A stretch of 64,000 nt of DNA from a virus. Taxonomy: Duplodnaviria > Caudoviricetes. The stretch lies in the IMG/VR virus record IMGVR_UViG_3300032038_000043, positions 1 through 64,000 of that record. The stretch is one strand, 5' to 3'. The notes beneath the pieces were generated by a model. It did not search any database. It was not told the origin of the DNA and was given only the letters and a program-made list of their open reading frames with translations. Within the stretch, counting starts at the first letter, position 1, and every line of letters begins with the position of its first letter. Shown in pieces: positions 9,997-28,196 of this stretch. A program made the translations under genes and the position numbers.

Positions 9997-10614
9997 ATGG
10001 GCAAGGTCAAGTTCGGCCTGAAGAACGTCAAGTACGCAATCTGGACCGATGGCGTCGGCGACGCTGCCGGTTCCTATGGTCCTTGGAAGGTCCTCACCCC
10101 CGGCGCTGTCTCCCTGACCGCCGACGTCGAGGCAGACTCCACCGACTTCTATGCTGAGGACACGGTCTATGCCGTCATCGACTCCATCGCAAAGGAGTCT
10201 GGCACCGTCGAAATCGCATTCCTCCCCGAGGAGGTCAAGCAGGACCTCTTCGGCTACGCGGTCGATGACACCACCAAGCTCACCTATCTCACCTCAGACC
10301 CCAAGGACATCCACGTGGCCCTTGGCTACGAGACGTCCTACAACGACGGTACCAAGTGCCGTGGCGTTCGCTACGACGTCACCTTCCAGCCCTTCTCCGA
10401 GTCCGCCAACACCATGCAGGAGAACACGGACCCCGAGACCATCACGCTGAACTACACCGCCGTCGGCAAGAAGTTCACCGTCGACAACAAGGAAGTCAAC
10501 ATCCTCAAGGCGCACGTCAACTCCGGTACCGGCACTGGTGGCGCGGACGAGTCCGTCTACACCAAGTTCTTCAGCGCCGTGCAGATTCCCGGCGTCGCAG
10601 TCGTCGCTGGCTAA
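9997..10614 (+). CDS. major tail protein (phi13 family)
   Basis: KVKFGLKNVKYA, PGAVSL, FYAED. Confidence 0.92.
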   Translation: MGKVKFGLKNVKYAIWTDGVGDAAGSYGPWKVLTPGAVSLTADVEADSTDFYAEDTVYAVIDSIAKESGTVEIAFLPEEVKQDLFGYAVDDTTKLTYLTSDPKDIHVALGYETSYNDGTKCRGVRYDVTFQPFSESANTMQENTDPETITLNYTAVGKKFTVDNKEVNILKAHVNSGTGTGGADESVYTKFFSAVQIPGVAVVAG

Positions 10615-10733
10615 CCGCCTAGCGGGAGCCCGCTGGGCGGGCACCCCTTCCGAGGCGGGGCACATCGGAACTTTCCTCCTTTCTCACCGGTGCGCCTCGC
10701 TCAGAGGGGTAGTGCTTTTGAAAGGGGTACTGA

Positions 10734-11153
10734 ATGCTATACGACTATGACGGCTCAGGCAGGAAACACGAGATTGTCGCGTCCGCTCACACGCTGATGG
10801 TGTATGAGCAGCAGTTCAAGCGCGGCATGATTGAGGACGTGTTCTCTAAGGTTCGCATCGACGAGGATGACTTTGACGATGACGGGACCATCCTTGTCGC
10901 TGACTACACCATCGACCACTGGGATAAGTACGTGAAGGCTCTCTGGGCGATGCTCAAGGCTGGCTCCGACCTCGCAAGGGCCGAGGGCCGTGAGTACGAG
11001 GTCGTGCCGAGCTTCGATGAGTGGAGCGTCAAGGTCACGAACCTCGACATTCAGGAGCTCTCGCTGGTGGTGGTCTCCGAGTGCCAGAGGGGCTTTTTTC
11101 GAACCGGAACTGTTGCCGCAGAAGCAGAGTCTGAAGAGCAAGGAGAAGCATAG
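10734..11153 (+). CDS. tail assembly chaperone G
   Basis: Between tail tube and tape measure genes; slippery GGC TTT TTT CGA near the 3' end. Confidence 0.85.
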   Translation: MLYDYDGSGRKHEIVASAHTLMVYEQQFKRGMIEDVFSKVRIDEDDFDDDGTILVADYTIDHWDKYVKALWAMLKAGSDLARAEGREYEVVPSFDEWSVKVTNLDIQELSLVVVSECQRGFFRTGTVAAEAESEEQGEA

Positions 11154-11337
11154 GCTTCCCTACACACGCGTGTGCGCGACCGCGATGGAGCGGTTCGGAT
11201 TGACGCGCCTAGACCTCATGCTCATGACATGGAGCGAGGTCGTGATGCTCTTCGACGCAACATATGAAGAAGAGAAGACTGACGCGAAGTCCGATGTCCG
11301 CGAAGCAACGGACGACGACTTGCGTGCATGGATTTAA
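11098..11337 (+). CDS. tail assembly chaperone T (frameshifted extension of G)
   Basis: Open +1 frame FEPELL...VREATDDDLRAWI ending 9 nt before the tape measure gene. Confidence 0.75.
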   Translation, partial: FEPELLPQKQSLKSKEKHRLPYTRVCATAMERFGLTRLDLMLMTWSEVVMLFDATYEEEKTDAKSDVREATDDDLRAWI

Positions 11338-11346
11338 GGAGGCCAA

Positions 11347-14300
11347 ATGGCTGAGTACCGCGGCCTTACAATCCGCATCGGAGCGGACACGTCTAGGTTC
11401 ACGGCAGCCCTCAAGGCCACCCAGAGCGCAATCGCGTCGACACAGAAGAACCTACGTCAGCTCAAGCAGGCGCTAACGTTCGACCCTGGCAGCAAGAACG
11501 CGTCGGCGCTCTACGTCGGGGAGCTTCAGTCGCAGGCTGTCGCGGCCTCAGCGAAGCTACAGGAGCTTCGTAAGCACATACAGGAAGTGCAGAACGCAAC
11601 GCCGAAGACGAATGGTCTGTCGACGTTCAAGAAGCTCGCCGAAGACACGGACAACGCAGCGCTTTCCGCGCAGCGGGCAAAGGCGGCATTCAATGACGTC
11701 ACCGATGCCCTTGCGCAGATTTACACGAACATCTCAGCGGAGTCACACGAAGAATTCGACATGGACGACACCGAGGTCAAGCGCCTCACGCAGTCACTGA
11801 AAGACGCGGGAATAGCTGCCAAGGAAGTCGACAAAGTCCTGGGCTCGAGCATGGAGTCAATCCGCCACGAGCTTGCCTCTAAGGGCAAGGCCTCAGTCGC
11901 TGAGATTGAGTCAATCATGAAGCGCGTCGAGCTCTTCAAGAACCAAGGCGTCACGATTAACGTCACAAACTCAAGCATGGACACCATCACGAGCGAGCTG
12001 CAGAGGCTCGTCGGAGCGGGAAGAATCTCGCAGGAGGAGATGGACGAGACCATCGCCAAGGTGAGCAGGCTCAAGAGTGAGTGGACGAGCGCATCAAACG
12101 CTTACGACGACGCAAAGGTCATAGACCAGCTGCATAACGACTCCGTTGAGGTTGCCAAGCTTGAGGCGCAGGTCAAGTCGCTTGCCGAGCAGATGGTAGA
12201 CGCCACGAGGAACGCCTTTGCGGACGACCTCGAGGACGACATAAACAAGCTCCGCAATCTCGGGACCGAGGTAGAGCGTGCCGAAGGCAGGTTCGAGAGG
12301 GCTGACCAGGCATTCAAACTTGACCCAGGCAACATCGACCTGTCAATCAGCAGGATGCAGGCGCTTGACGAGGCCACCGATGCAGCCAAGAGGGAAGCTG
12401 AGTCGCTCACCGACATAATTGGCCAGTACGAGGCAGCCGGTATCGACAAGGTGGCGGCAAGCACCGAGAACCTCACGCAAGCTACTGCGGACGCAAAGCA
12501 GAACTTGGTTGACGCGAACGCGGCCGTCATTATGCAGGAGAGGGAGATAGACGAGTTTCTCGACGACATACGCAAGCGTTCGGTCGACGGAAACCCGTTG
12601 AACATCCTCGACGCAGCGCCAAAGTACCGAGAGCTCATGTCGCAGCTTGACGAGCTGAAGCAGAAACAAACCGAGGCTCGGGAGTCTTACCAGCTTCTCG
12701 TGAATGCCGGCGACTACACCGAGAAGGTCGCCGAGCTGGAGACCGTGAACAACAAGATTACCGAGTTCGGCAACACGGCACGCGACAACGAGGCCGTCAT
12801 AAACGCCTTCGCCGAGTCGCTCCGCAACGCATTCTCCGACAGGCTCGAGACCGTTCTCAGGGGCGACAAGAGCGCCCTCGAAGGCCTTGGTGAGGAGACC
12901 AAGCGCGTCATGGACAGCCTCAGTCGTACCGAGCGTGCAATGGAGCTGGACCCGTCGAACATCGACAAGGTCGTCGCAAGGTCTCAAGCTCTCGAGACGG
13001 CGATGTCAGCAACCAACACCGAGATGGAGCAGACCCAGAAGATTCTCGACCGCTACTCATCGGAGGGAATCGACAAGGTCGCTGCCGGCTCGACGAACCT
13101 CAAGCAGGAGCTGAGCGACGCGGAGGCGTATGCGCAGGCCGCGGCAATCGCACTGGCCAGCTATAAGACGAACGTCGAGAACATCGATGACGGGGTCGTC
13201 GAGTTCTTCACGGAAAACCTCTCCAATGCCGTCAATCGCGTTAACGAGCTTCGCAGCGCAATGGACTTTCGAGACAAGGAAGCCCATCTCGAAGAGCTGC
13301 GCAATGGCTACGACGAGCTTGGAAACAAGGTCAAGACGACCACGGCTCATCTCCAAGCGCTCGCGAACGCTCAGGTGGACGCCGTAAAGAACGGTATGGC
13401 GACCGGGTTCGACTCTGTCATCTCAGACCTTGACGCGCTCTCTGCCAAGACGGACGCGGCGAAGCAGCACTTCGAGGCGATGGACGCGTCGCTCAAGGCG
13501 GACCCGACGAGTCTCGAACGCGCGAGAGACCGCGCAACCGCGCTCGCAGAGGCGACGCAGGCGGCAAAGGATGAGGCTGCGGAGCTCGACGCGCAGATAG
13601 CGAGGCTCAGCGGCAAGGGGTTCGACCAAGTCCTCGCATCGACGAAGAACATCGCCAAGGAGACCGACAACGCCGAGAAGCGCTGGCGTGCCGCAGAGGC
13701 GGCGGTCAAGCGCTGGAAGGCGCAGCTCGCCAATGCGCGGGCCGAGGTCAAGAGGCTCGAGCAGAGCAGCGATGGCGCAAGCGACGAGCTCGAGGAGGCC
13801 AAGGAGAACGCCGCAAGGCTTGAGGATAACCTCAACGGGGCCGCAGACGCCGCAGAGAAGGCTCGTAGCCGCTTCGCCGAGCTCACTGGCGCAAGCGAGC
13901 TCGCCGCGGTGAAGTCGCGCCGCGACGCGGTGACCGGCGAGATTGCCGACCTCGAGGGGAAGGCGCGTACGGCCGGGGAGGGAATCTCAACCGCGCTCTT
14001 CATGGCTTTGCAAGAGGTCGGCCAGGAGGCAAAGAAGGCCTTCGACGAGGTCATCACAGCCACCACGTCGCTAGATGACGCGCTCACCGAGGTGAAGAAG
14101 ACCGTCGACACGACCGATGAGGGCTATGAGAGGCTGAAGGAATCGGCTGTGGAGCTGTCGAAGGTTCAGCCCATCGACGCGTCGACAATCCTTCAGGCAG
14201 AGGCTCTTGGCGGCCAGCTTGGCTTCGCGGCGGACGAGGTTGAGAAGTTCGCGGAGGTCGCCACTGGCCTCGATGTCGCAACGAACATGTCTTGGAACGA

Positions 14301-17097
14301 CGCGTCTACCGACATGGCACGGTTCTTCAACATCATGGGTCTCGGTCACGAGGAAGTTGAGAACTACGGTTCGGCAATCGTCGACCTGGGAAACAACTAC
14401 GCCACTACGGAGCAAGAAATCTCCGACATGGCACTGCGTATCGCAGGCGCTGGCGCGTCGATGAATCTCGGTGCGGCAGACGTTCTCGGCCTTGCCACAG
14501 CGCTTACGTCCGTCGGCCTCACCGCTGAGGCTGGTGGCTCATCAATCTCGCAAATCATGGTCAAGATTGACAAGGCTGTCGCAAACGGAACCGAAGGAAT
14601 AAAGAAGTATGCCGACGACATGGGAATGTCCGTCAACGACTTCATCGCTTACGTAAAGACACTCGGAGACACCGAGCTTGGCGAAATCGCAGAAAACTAC
14701 AACATGACCGCCAAGAAGTTCTCTGAGGCAACTGTCGGCTCCATGGAATCGCTTGAGACGTGGGCTGACACAGCCAACATGACCGCAGACGAGTTCGTTG
14801 TGGCATGGAAGGAAAAGCCAATCGAGGCTCTTACCGCGCTCTTCTCTGGCATGGACAAGGCAGCCGAGGAAGGCTCGAACCTGAACCTGCTGCTTGACGA
14901 CCTCGGCATCAAGACCATCCGTCAGTCAGACGTTGCCCGTCGTGTAGCAAACAGCTCCGACAAGCTCGTCCAGGCCGTGAATGACGCGAACGACGCATAT
15001 CAGGAGAACACGGCATTGTCTACCGAGGTCGAGCGAAGGAACGAGTCGCTGTCCGCACAAATGGACATCATGGCCAACTCCTTCGACGCGGTAAAGGCAG
15101 AGCTTGGCGAGGGATTACTACCTCTCGTGAAGCTTGGTGTCGGCGTGTTCCAAGACCTGTCGAACGTCATGAACGACGTTCCAGTCGGCATGAAGACGGC
15201 GATTATCAGCCTGCTCGGTGCACTCGCGGGGCTGGCGACCACCGTGCCAATCCTCAACCAGCTCGACACGGCATTCGGGAGGCTCAGCGAGAAGGTGGTC
15301 GAGGCAGGTGGCTGGGGAGCCGCCATGTCAAGCATGATTACGCCGACGACACTTGGAATCGCGGCGCTTGGGGCAATCGGCGTCGCCGCGTATGCCTACT
15401 ACAAGAAGCTGGATGACGCCAGAAAGCGTCAGGAGGATTTCAACAACGCACTCAGCGACACCGACAAGATAGCCGAATCGTTCGCGACGTCGATGGACGC
15501 AGGCAAGAACTCCGTGTCGTCGTTCGGAATCGAAGCCGAGCGCAGGAGTAAGACGCTCGAAGAGCTCACAGACGACCTCAACGAGTTCAACGAGTCCATC
15601 AAGGGGACGATGGACCCTGTCGACAAGAGCAACGCGCTTCTCGGCGAGTACCGCACCGTGCTGGATAAGTTTGCCGGAAAGGGCCACGCGTACGGAGCGG
15701 ACCTAGCCGAGCTCGAGTGGGCAGTCAGGGGAATCAACGATGCCCTTGGCACCGACTATACCGCGCAGGACATCCTCACTGACAAGTACGAGAACGAGAA
15801 GGGCGAAATCGAGAGCCTGTGTGACAAGCTCGACACGCTTATCGCCAAGCGTCAGGAGGAAGCGCGGATGGAAGCCGCGCAGGGCATGTACACGAAGTCG
15901 CTCGAGAAGCAGTACGAGCTCGACATGAACGTTGAGTTCGCCAAAGAGGACATCCAGAACTTCGACGCCCTCGTCGAGGAGAGGGCAGCCGCGTTCGAGA
16001 AGCTCGACAACGGAGTTCATACCCACGAGGAGATAATGGCTGCTGCGGCGCAAAGCGTCAGTCGTGAGATGGGCACAACGCGCGAGCAGCTTGAACAAGA
16101 CCTAGACGCAGCGCAGAAGGCTCTCGAGCATGTAGACCGCGAGGTCCAATACTCGAAGGACCTCATGACCGAGGCTACGTCCGCAGTTGAGAACAGCTCT
16201 GACGCGCTTGGCGAGTTCGTCGACACGGCATTCTCCGGCTGGGATGGCGTCGACTGGGGCAAGGCACTCGAGGAAAACGGAATAAAGCTCGACGAGTTTG
16301 CCCAGAAGGCACACGATGCTGGCGTCACGGCACGTGACCTGAAGAACATCTATGACGACCCAGACATCTTCTTTGCCGACATGGTAAAGGAGTCAGCAGG
16401 TGACATCGACGCGCTCATCGCCAAGATTAAGGAGTACAACGAGACAGAGGTCGAGCAAAAGGAAGTCAGCGTAAACGTCTCTGACGATAAGCTCGCTCTT
16501 GACGAGTCGAAGCTCGCACCAGAGAGCAGAGAGGTCAAGACGACATATACCGCTGACGTCGAGAGCGCAGAGGCTGGCGTGTCCGAGTACAACGACATGC
16601 TCAGCAAGACGCCTACGAAGATTGACACCGCAGTCAACGCCGACACCGAGGACGCAAGCCAGAAGGCAATCACGCTTCAGCAGATTCTCGACGCGCTGCC
16701 AAGCTGGAAGAACATCTTCGTGAACGTCAGTGTCGACACGAGCGCCCTGACGAACGCAGAGCGAAGGCTCGAGAACCTGAACAGCAAGAAAGCCGCAGGC
16801 GGCATCCGCTACCACGCCGATGGCGTCATCCTCAACCGCCCGACATGGATAGGCAATCGTGACATAGCCGGCGAGGCAGGCGCGGAGGCAATCATTCCGC
16901 TCACCAACCGCAGGTATGTCCAACCGTTCGCCGACACCGTCGCAGACGGAATGATGTCCAAGATTGGCGAGATGTCTGGCACTACCAACAACTATGTAAT
17001 CAACGGGCTCACCGTAGCACCCGACAGCGCCCTGGCAAAGGCCATGGACGCCACGTTCGATGAGGCCAAGCGCCTCAGCAGGATGGGCAGGAGGTAG
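11347..17097 (+). CDS. tape measure protein, 1916 aa
   Basis: GLTIRIGADT N-terminus, TP901-type core (GSAIVDLGNNYATTE), AGEAGAEAIIPL C-terminus. Confidence 0.96.
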   Translation: MAEYRGLTIRIGADTSRFTAALKATQSAIASTQKNLRQLKQALTFDPGSKNASALYVGELQSQAVAASAKLQELRKHIQEVQNATPKTNGLSTFKKLAEDTDNAALSAQRAKAAFNDVTDALAQIYTNISAESHEEFDMDDTEVKRLTQSLKDAGIAAKEVDKVLGSSMESIRHELASKGKASVAEIESIMKRVELFKNQGVTINVTNSSMDTITSELQRLVGAGRISQEEMDETIAKVSRLKSEWTSASNAYDDAKVIDQLHNDSVEVAKLEAQVKSLAEQMVDATRNAFADDLEDDINKLRNLGTEVERAEGRFERADQAFKLDPGNIDLSISRMQALDEATDAAKREAESLTDIIGQYEAAGIDKVAASTENLTQATADAKQNLVDANAAVIMQEREIDEFLDDIRKRSVDGNPLNILDAAPKYRELMSQLDELKQKQTEARESYQLLVNAGDYTEKVAELETVNNKITEFGNTARDNEAVINAFAESLRNAFSDRLETVLRGDKSALEGLGEETKRVMDSLSRTERAMELDPSNIDKVVARSQALETAMSATNTEMEQTQKILDRYSSEGIDKVAAGSTNLKQELSDAEAYAQAAAIALASYKTNVENIDDGVVEFFTENLSNAVNRVNELRSAMDFRDKEAHLEELRNGYDELGNKVKTTTAHLQALANAQVDAVKNGMATGFDSVISDLDALSAKTDAAKQHFEAMDASLKADPTSLERARDRATALAEATQAAKDEAAELDAQIARLSGKGFDQVLASTKNIAKETDNAEKRWRAAEAAVKRWKAQLANARAEVKRLEQSSDGASDELEEAKENAARLEDNLNGAADAAEKARSRFAELTGASELAAVKSRRDAVTGEIADLEGKARTAGEGISTALFMALQEVGQEAKKAFDEVITATTSLDDALTEVKKTVDTTDEGYERLKESAVELSKVQPIDASTILQAEALGGQLGFAADEVEKFAEVATGLDVATNMSWNDASTDMARFFNIMGLGHEEVENYGSAIVDLGNNYATTEQEISDMALRIAGAGASMNLGAADVLGLATALTSVGLTAEAGGSSISQIMVKIDKAVANGTEGIKKYADDMGMSVNDFIAYVKTLGDTELGEIAENYNMTAKKFSEATVGSMESLETWADTANMTADEFVVAWKEKPIEALTALFSGMDKAAEEGSNLNLLLDDLGIKTIRQSDVARRVANSSDKLVQAVNDANDAYQENTALSTEVERRNESLSAQMDIMANSFDAVKAELGEGLLPLVKLGVGVFQDLSNVMNDVPVGMKTAIISLLGALAGLATTVPILNQLDTAFGRLSEKVVEAGGWGAAMSSMITPTTLGIAALGAIGVAAYAYYKKLDDARKRQEDFNNALSDTDKIAESFATSMDAGKNSVSSFGIEAERRSKTLEELTDDLNEFNESIKGTMDPVDKSNALLGEYRTVLDKFAGKGHAYGADLAELEWAVRGINDALGTDYTAQDILTDKYENEKGEIESLCDKLDTLIAKRQEEARMEAAQGMYTKSLEKQYELDMNVEFAKEDIQNFDALVEERAAAFEKLDNGVHTHEEIMAAAAQSVSREMGTTREQLEQDLDAAQKALEHVDREVQYSKDLMTEATSAVENSSDALGEFVDTAFSGWDGVDWGKALEENGIKLDEFAQKAHDAGVTARDLKNIYDDPDIFFADMVKESAGDIDALIAKIKEYNETEVEQKEVSVNVSDDKLALDESKLAPESREVKTTYTADVESAEAGVSEYNDMLSKTPTKIDTAVNADTEDASQKAITLQQILDALPSWKNIFVNVSVDTSALTNAERRLENLNSKKAAGGIRYHADGVILNRPTWIGNRDIAGEAGAEAIIPLTNRRYVQPFADTVADGMMSKIGEMSGTTNNYVINGLTVAPDSALAKAMDATFDEAKRLSRMGRR

Positions 17098-17100
17098 CCA

Positions 17101-19481
17101 ATGGCGACTGTCTGGAAGGTCGAGGGCCTTAACGTGAAGGTCCTCGACCAAGGTGACGGCACGGTAATCGCGAGATGGAAGTTCAACACAGGCTCGACGA
17201 CGGAACACTTCTCCATATACTGGGAGTACTGGAACACGACGAACGGCATATGGGTGCTTGCCTCCGGCTCAGGCTCAAGTGTGCCAACGTCCTCATACGA
17301 GACAATCAGCGGTGTCAGGTGGTTCCAGACGACGTGGTCCCCGAGCGGGGCCGCTGAGACATCGACTAGCGTCCGCATCTACGTCGACCCAATCCCGAAG
17401 TCCGGCTCGAAGTGGTCGCACGGCGGCGTGTATTCAAAGTCCATAACCAACCCGAAGTGGACGAACCTGCACGGGCAAGCGCTCGAGCCTCCGAAGTATG
17501 ACATCGACTGGTACGGCAACCTCATCCGTCTGAACGTCACAAGCATGCCAGCGCTCGTGCAGGACATTGTGTACTACCGCTCGCAAAACGGCGGAGCGTC
17601 GAAGTCGTGGATGGCAAGCACGCCGAACACCCCAGTGAGCATGACGCCAGCGAACGGGACGTACTACCAGTTCCAAGCTCGCTGGCGACTCGACAAGAAG
17701 ACGCTTGGCGAGCTCTCGCTACCGTCAGAGATATACTACGGTCGCCCGATGCGGCCAACGAACCTCACCGCCAAGGTCGTGTCATGCGACTCGGAGTCGG
17801 GTTCGGTAAGGCTTGACTGGAAGGACAGCGGCAGCACTGGCGACAAGTACCTCGTCGAGTGGTCAGAGGACCCGGAGGCGTGGGACAACCACGCAGACGT
17901 CGAGAGCAGCGAGGAGCCTGGCGAGCCTGACGGCAACAACAACGGGTGGCGTACCATAGGCGGCCTCGAGCCCGGCAAGACGTACTGGTTCAGGGTCAAG
18001 CGCGGAGAGTCTAAGGCCGAAGAGGCCTATGAGTGGTCTGACTACGCATGCGTCGGCAAGTCTTCGTCCACGCTGCAGGTCTCGTGCGTCATGGGGACGG
18101 TGCCAGCAGCGCCGACACTCGGGCAAGTTCCGAGCACGGCGGTCGTTGACGAGCCGCTGACATTGTCTTGGACGCATAACTCAGAGGATGGGTCGGCGCA
18201 GACGGCATATCAGCTGCAGGTGTATAAGGGTTCGTGGTCTACGGTGTCGACGGGGACCACGTCTCAGACATTCACGGTGTCGCCATCAACGCAAGGCTTC
18301 ACTGATGGCGATACGCTGCAGTGGAGGGTTCGCACAAAGGGTGCGCTCGACACTGGGAGTTCCGCCGACTGGTCGCCATGGTCATCGACTGGTAGCGTCA
18401 CGGTGTGGGCGAAGCCGGCGTCAACAATCTACGCACCTAGCACGGTAGAGCAGATGCCAATCTCCCTCGAGATTGAGGTTGGCAGCACGTCGGCCGGAAA
18501 CACGCCGACACGCTACTGGTTGAACGTCGTGGCTGACGAGCCCTATGAGGCAGTCGGCCCTGACGGTGAGCCCGTCTGGGTCGCCGAAGGCGAGACGGTG
18601 TGGTCTGGCGAGGCTGTCCCTGGTGACGACGGATGCGACGAGAGTGGATGGAGCGTCTCGCTCACAGTTGTCGACATCAGGCTAAACCCAGGTGCCACCT
18701 ATGTCGTCAACGGCGGATGCTATACGTCGCAGGGGCTCAAGTCAGACGCAACGCCCGCAACGTTCGTCGCAGACATCAACCAGACTGCCGTAAGCGGATG
18801 TGATGCCGACGTCACGTTCGACCGTGCGACCATGGCGGCAACAGTGATGCCCAGATGCACGGACGGTCCTGAGGGCGAGCTGCTTCAGGGCGTAACGCTC
18901 TCAGTGTGGAGACTAGGCGACCCCAATGAGATGATAGGCGAGTGGATGGTCAACGACGGACATGCCATCTGTCTAGACGCACACCCGACCTTCGGCACAT
19001 GTACGTACCGCATAGTCGCGACAGACTCGACGAGCGGTGCCCAAGGCTTCTCTGACGTAATCATCAACATATCAGCGCCAGGCATAGTGATTCAGTGGGA
19101 CGAGGACTGGAGCGAGCCGACCAACGACATGGAGGGCATCAGTTTCTCTGGACAACGGCTCATCCTCCCGTTCAACGTCGACGTTACCGAGCAATGGTCC
19201 AAACAGTCGTCTCTCAACGAGTGGGCTGGCAGGAAGAGTCCAGTGTCGCGCTATGGCACACAGCGCGGCCATACGGCCACGTGGTCATGTGTCGTAAATC
19301 GCTATCGCGGGCTTGACCAGGTCAACGCAGTCAGGAAGCTAGCGACATATATGGGTGACGTATACGTAAGGGAGCCTTACGGCTCAGGCTACTGGGCACA
19401 TGTCGATGTCGCGTCACTTGGTGCCGTCCATGGCAGCCCTGCTGTGCAGGTGTCGCTCAACGTTACTAGGGTGGATGCATA

Positions 19482-19482
<1 letters not shown>
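17101..19482 (+). CDS. minor tail protein with fibronectin type III domains (distal tail-like)
   Basis: PTNLTA...LDW...GLEPGKTYWFRVK; C-terminal GDVYVREPYG. Confidence 0.8.
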
Positions 19483-26916
<7,434 letters not shown>

Positions 26917-26928
26917 AAGGAGGAAAGC

Positions 26929-27618
26929 GTGAAGCATGCGGCCTATACGGGCTCAAGGAACCTGTACGACGACATGGTCACGTCCGCCAAAGCGCTACTG
27001 CGCAATAGCGACGTCGACCGAATATGGCTACTCATCGAGGACGCGGAGTTTCCTTACAAGCTCCCGCCCGAGGTGACAGCGATAGACGTGAGCGGCCAGC
27101 AGTTCTTCAGGAAGGACGGCCCGAACATGGGCAGCAGGTACACCTACCTTGCCATGATGAGGGCCGCCCTCTGCCACGTCCTTCCCAGTGACGTCCACAA
27201 GGTCCTCTCGATGGACGTGGACACGCTCGCAATCAGAGACGTCTCAGATGCGTGGGATGTCCCCATGGAAGGATGCTACTTCGCCGCCGCGAAGGAGCAG
27301 CACCGCTGCTACGAGGGGCTGCTCTACACGAACACCGGCGTGGCGCTCTACAACCTCGACATGCTAAGGAAGGGCAAGGCGGACGAGGTCATAGACTGCC
27401 TCAACCGCAGGCGCTACACATGGGTCGAGCAGGATGTGATGAACTACCTGTGTCAAGGGCGCATCGCCGAGATGTCCGGCGACCTCAACGCATGCGACTG
27501 GACTGACCACCCAGACCCGCGGCTGCTTCATTTCGCCGGGCACGCTGACTGGAGGCTCAGGCCCGAGCTGTGGGCGTACAGGGACATGACGTGGGGCGAG
27601 GCAAGGAGGGGCCGATGA
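26929..27618 (+). CDS. glycosyltransferase, GT8-like
   Basis: YLAMMR, MDVDT (DxD), NTGVALYNL, EQDVMN, LLHFAG motifs; AAGGAGG RBS. Confidence 0.88.
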   Translation: MKHAAYTGSRNLYDDMVTSAKALLRNSDVDRIWLLIEDAEFPYKLPPEVTAIDVSGQQFFRKDGPNMGSRYTYLAMMRAALCHVLPSDVHKVLSMDVDTLAIRDVSDAWDVPMEGCYFAAAKEQHRCYEGLLYTNTGVALYNLDMLRKGKADEVIDCLNRRRYTWVEQDVMNYLCQGRIAEMSGDLNACDWTDHPDPRLLHFAGHADWRLRPELWAYRDMTWGEARRGR

Positions 27619-28196
27619 AGGTGCTCATAGCCGTACCGACGTTCGAGACCATCTGCCCGGAGACGTTCAAGTCGATTTACGGGCTGCGTGGGTGCGACTA
27701 CCTGCCGCTCTTCGACTTCGTTCGCGGCTACGACTGCGCGAGGGCACGCAACCTCATCTGCAAGGAGGCAATCGACGGGGGATTCGACTACGTCCTGATG
27801 GTCGACTCCGACGTGGTTCTCCCGGACACGACGCTCGAGCACATGCTGTCTGAGCAGAGGCCCGTGACTCTCGGGGTGTACCCACGCAAGGGCACCCAGT
27901 GGGAGACCGAGCTCTTCAAGGTCGGCACCAAAGACTTCGTCGACCGCTTCGCTGTCAGCGAGGTGCCGCCGACCACCTTCGAGGTGAAGGGCGGCGGCAT
28001 GGGCTGCGCCCTCATATCGGTGCCGTTGCTCAGGGACATGGGCAGCGGATGGTTCAAGTACGTGGAGTATCCAAGTGGCGACGTCCTCTCCGAGGACCTG
28101 TACTTCTGCGACAGGGTCTCGAAGATGGGCGCGTCGATAGTGGCCGATGGGCGCGTGCGCTGTGGCCATGCGTGGCGTGAGACGAGGTGGTGCTGA
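27615..28196 (+). CDS. glycosyltransferase, GT-A fold (GT2-like)
   Basis: VLIAVP, ARN, YVLMVDSDV (DxD), GMGCALI, SEDLYFC, CGH; ATGA coupling to the GT8 gene. Confidence 0.85.
   Translation: MKVLIAVPTFETICPETFKSIYGLRGCDYLPLFDFVRGYDCARARNLICKEAIDGGFDYVLMVDSDVVLPDTTLEHMLSEQRPVTLGVYPRKGTQWETELFKVGTKDFVDRFAVSEVPPTTFEVKGGGMGCALISVPLLRDMGSGWFKYVEYPSGDVLSEDLYFCDRVSKMGASIVADGRVRCGHAWRETRWC

Noticed and set aside
26929-28196. Glycosyltransferases as DNA-modifying or serotype-conversion enzymes
   Set aside because: Embedded in the late tail operon, no TM segments or gtr-like partners, no base-hydroxymethylase in view; disfavoured but not excluded
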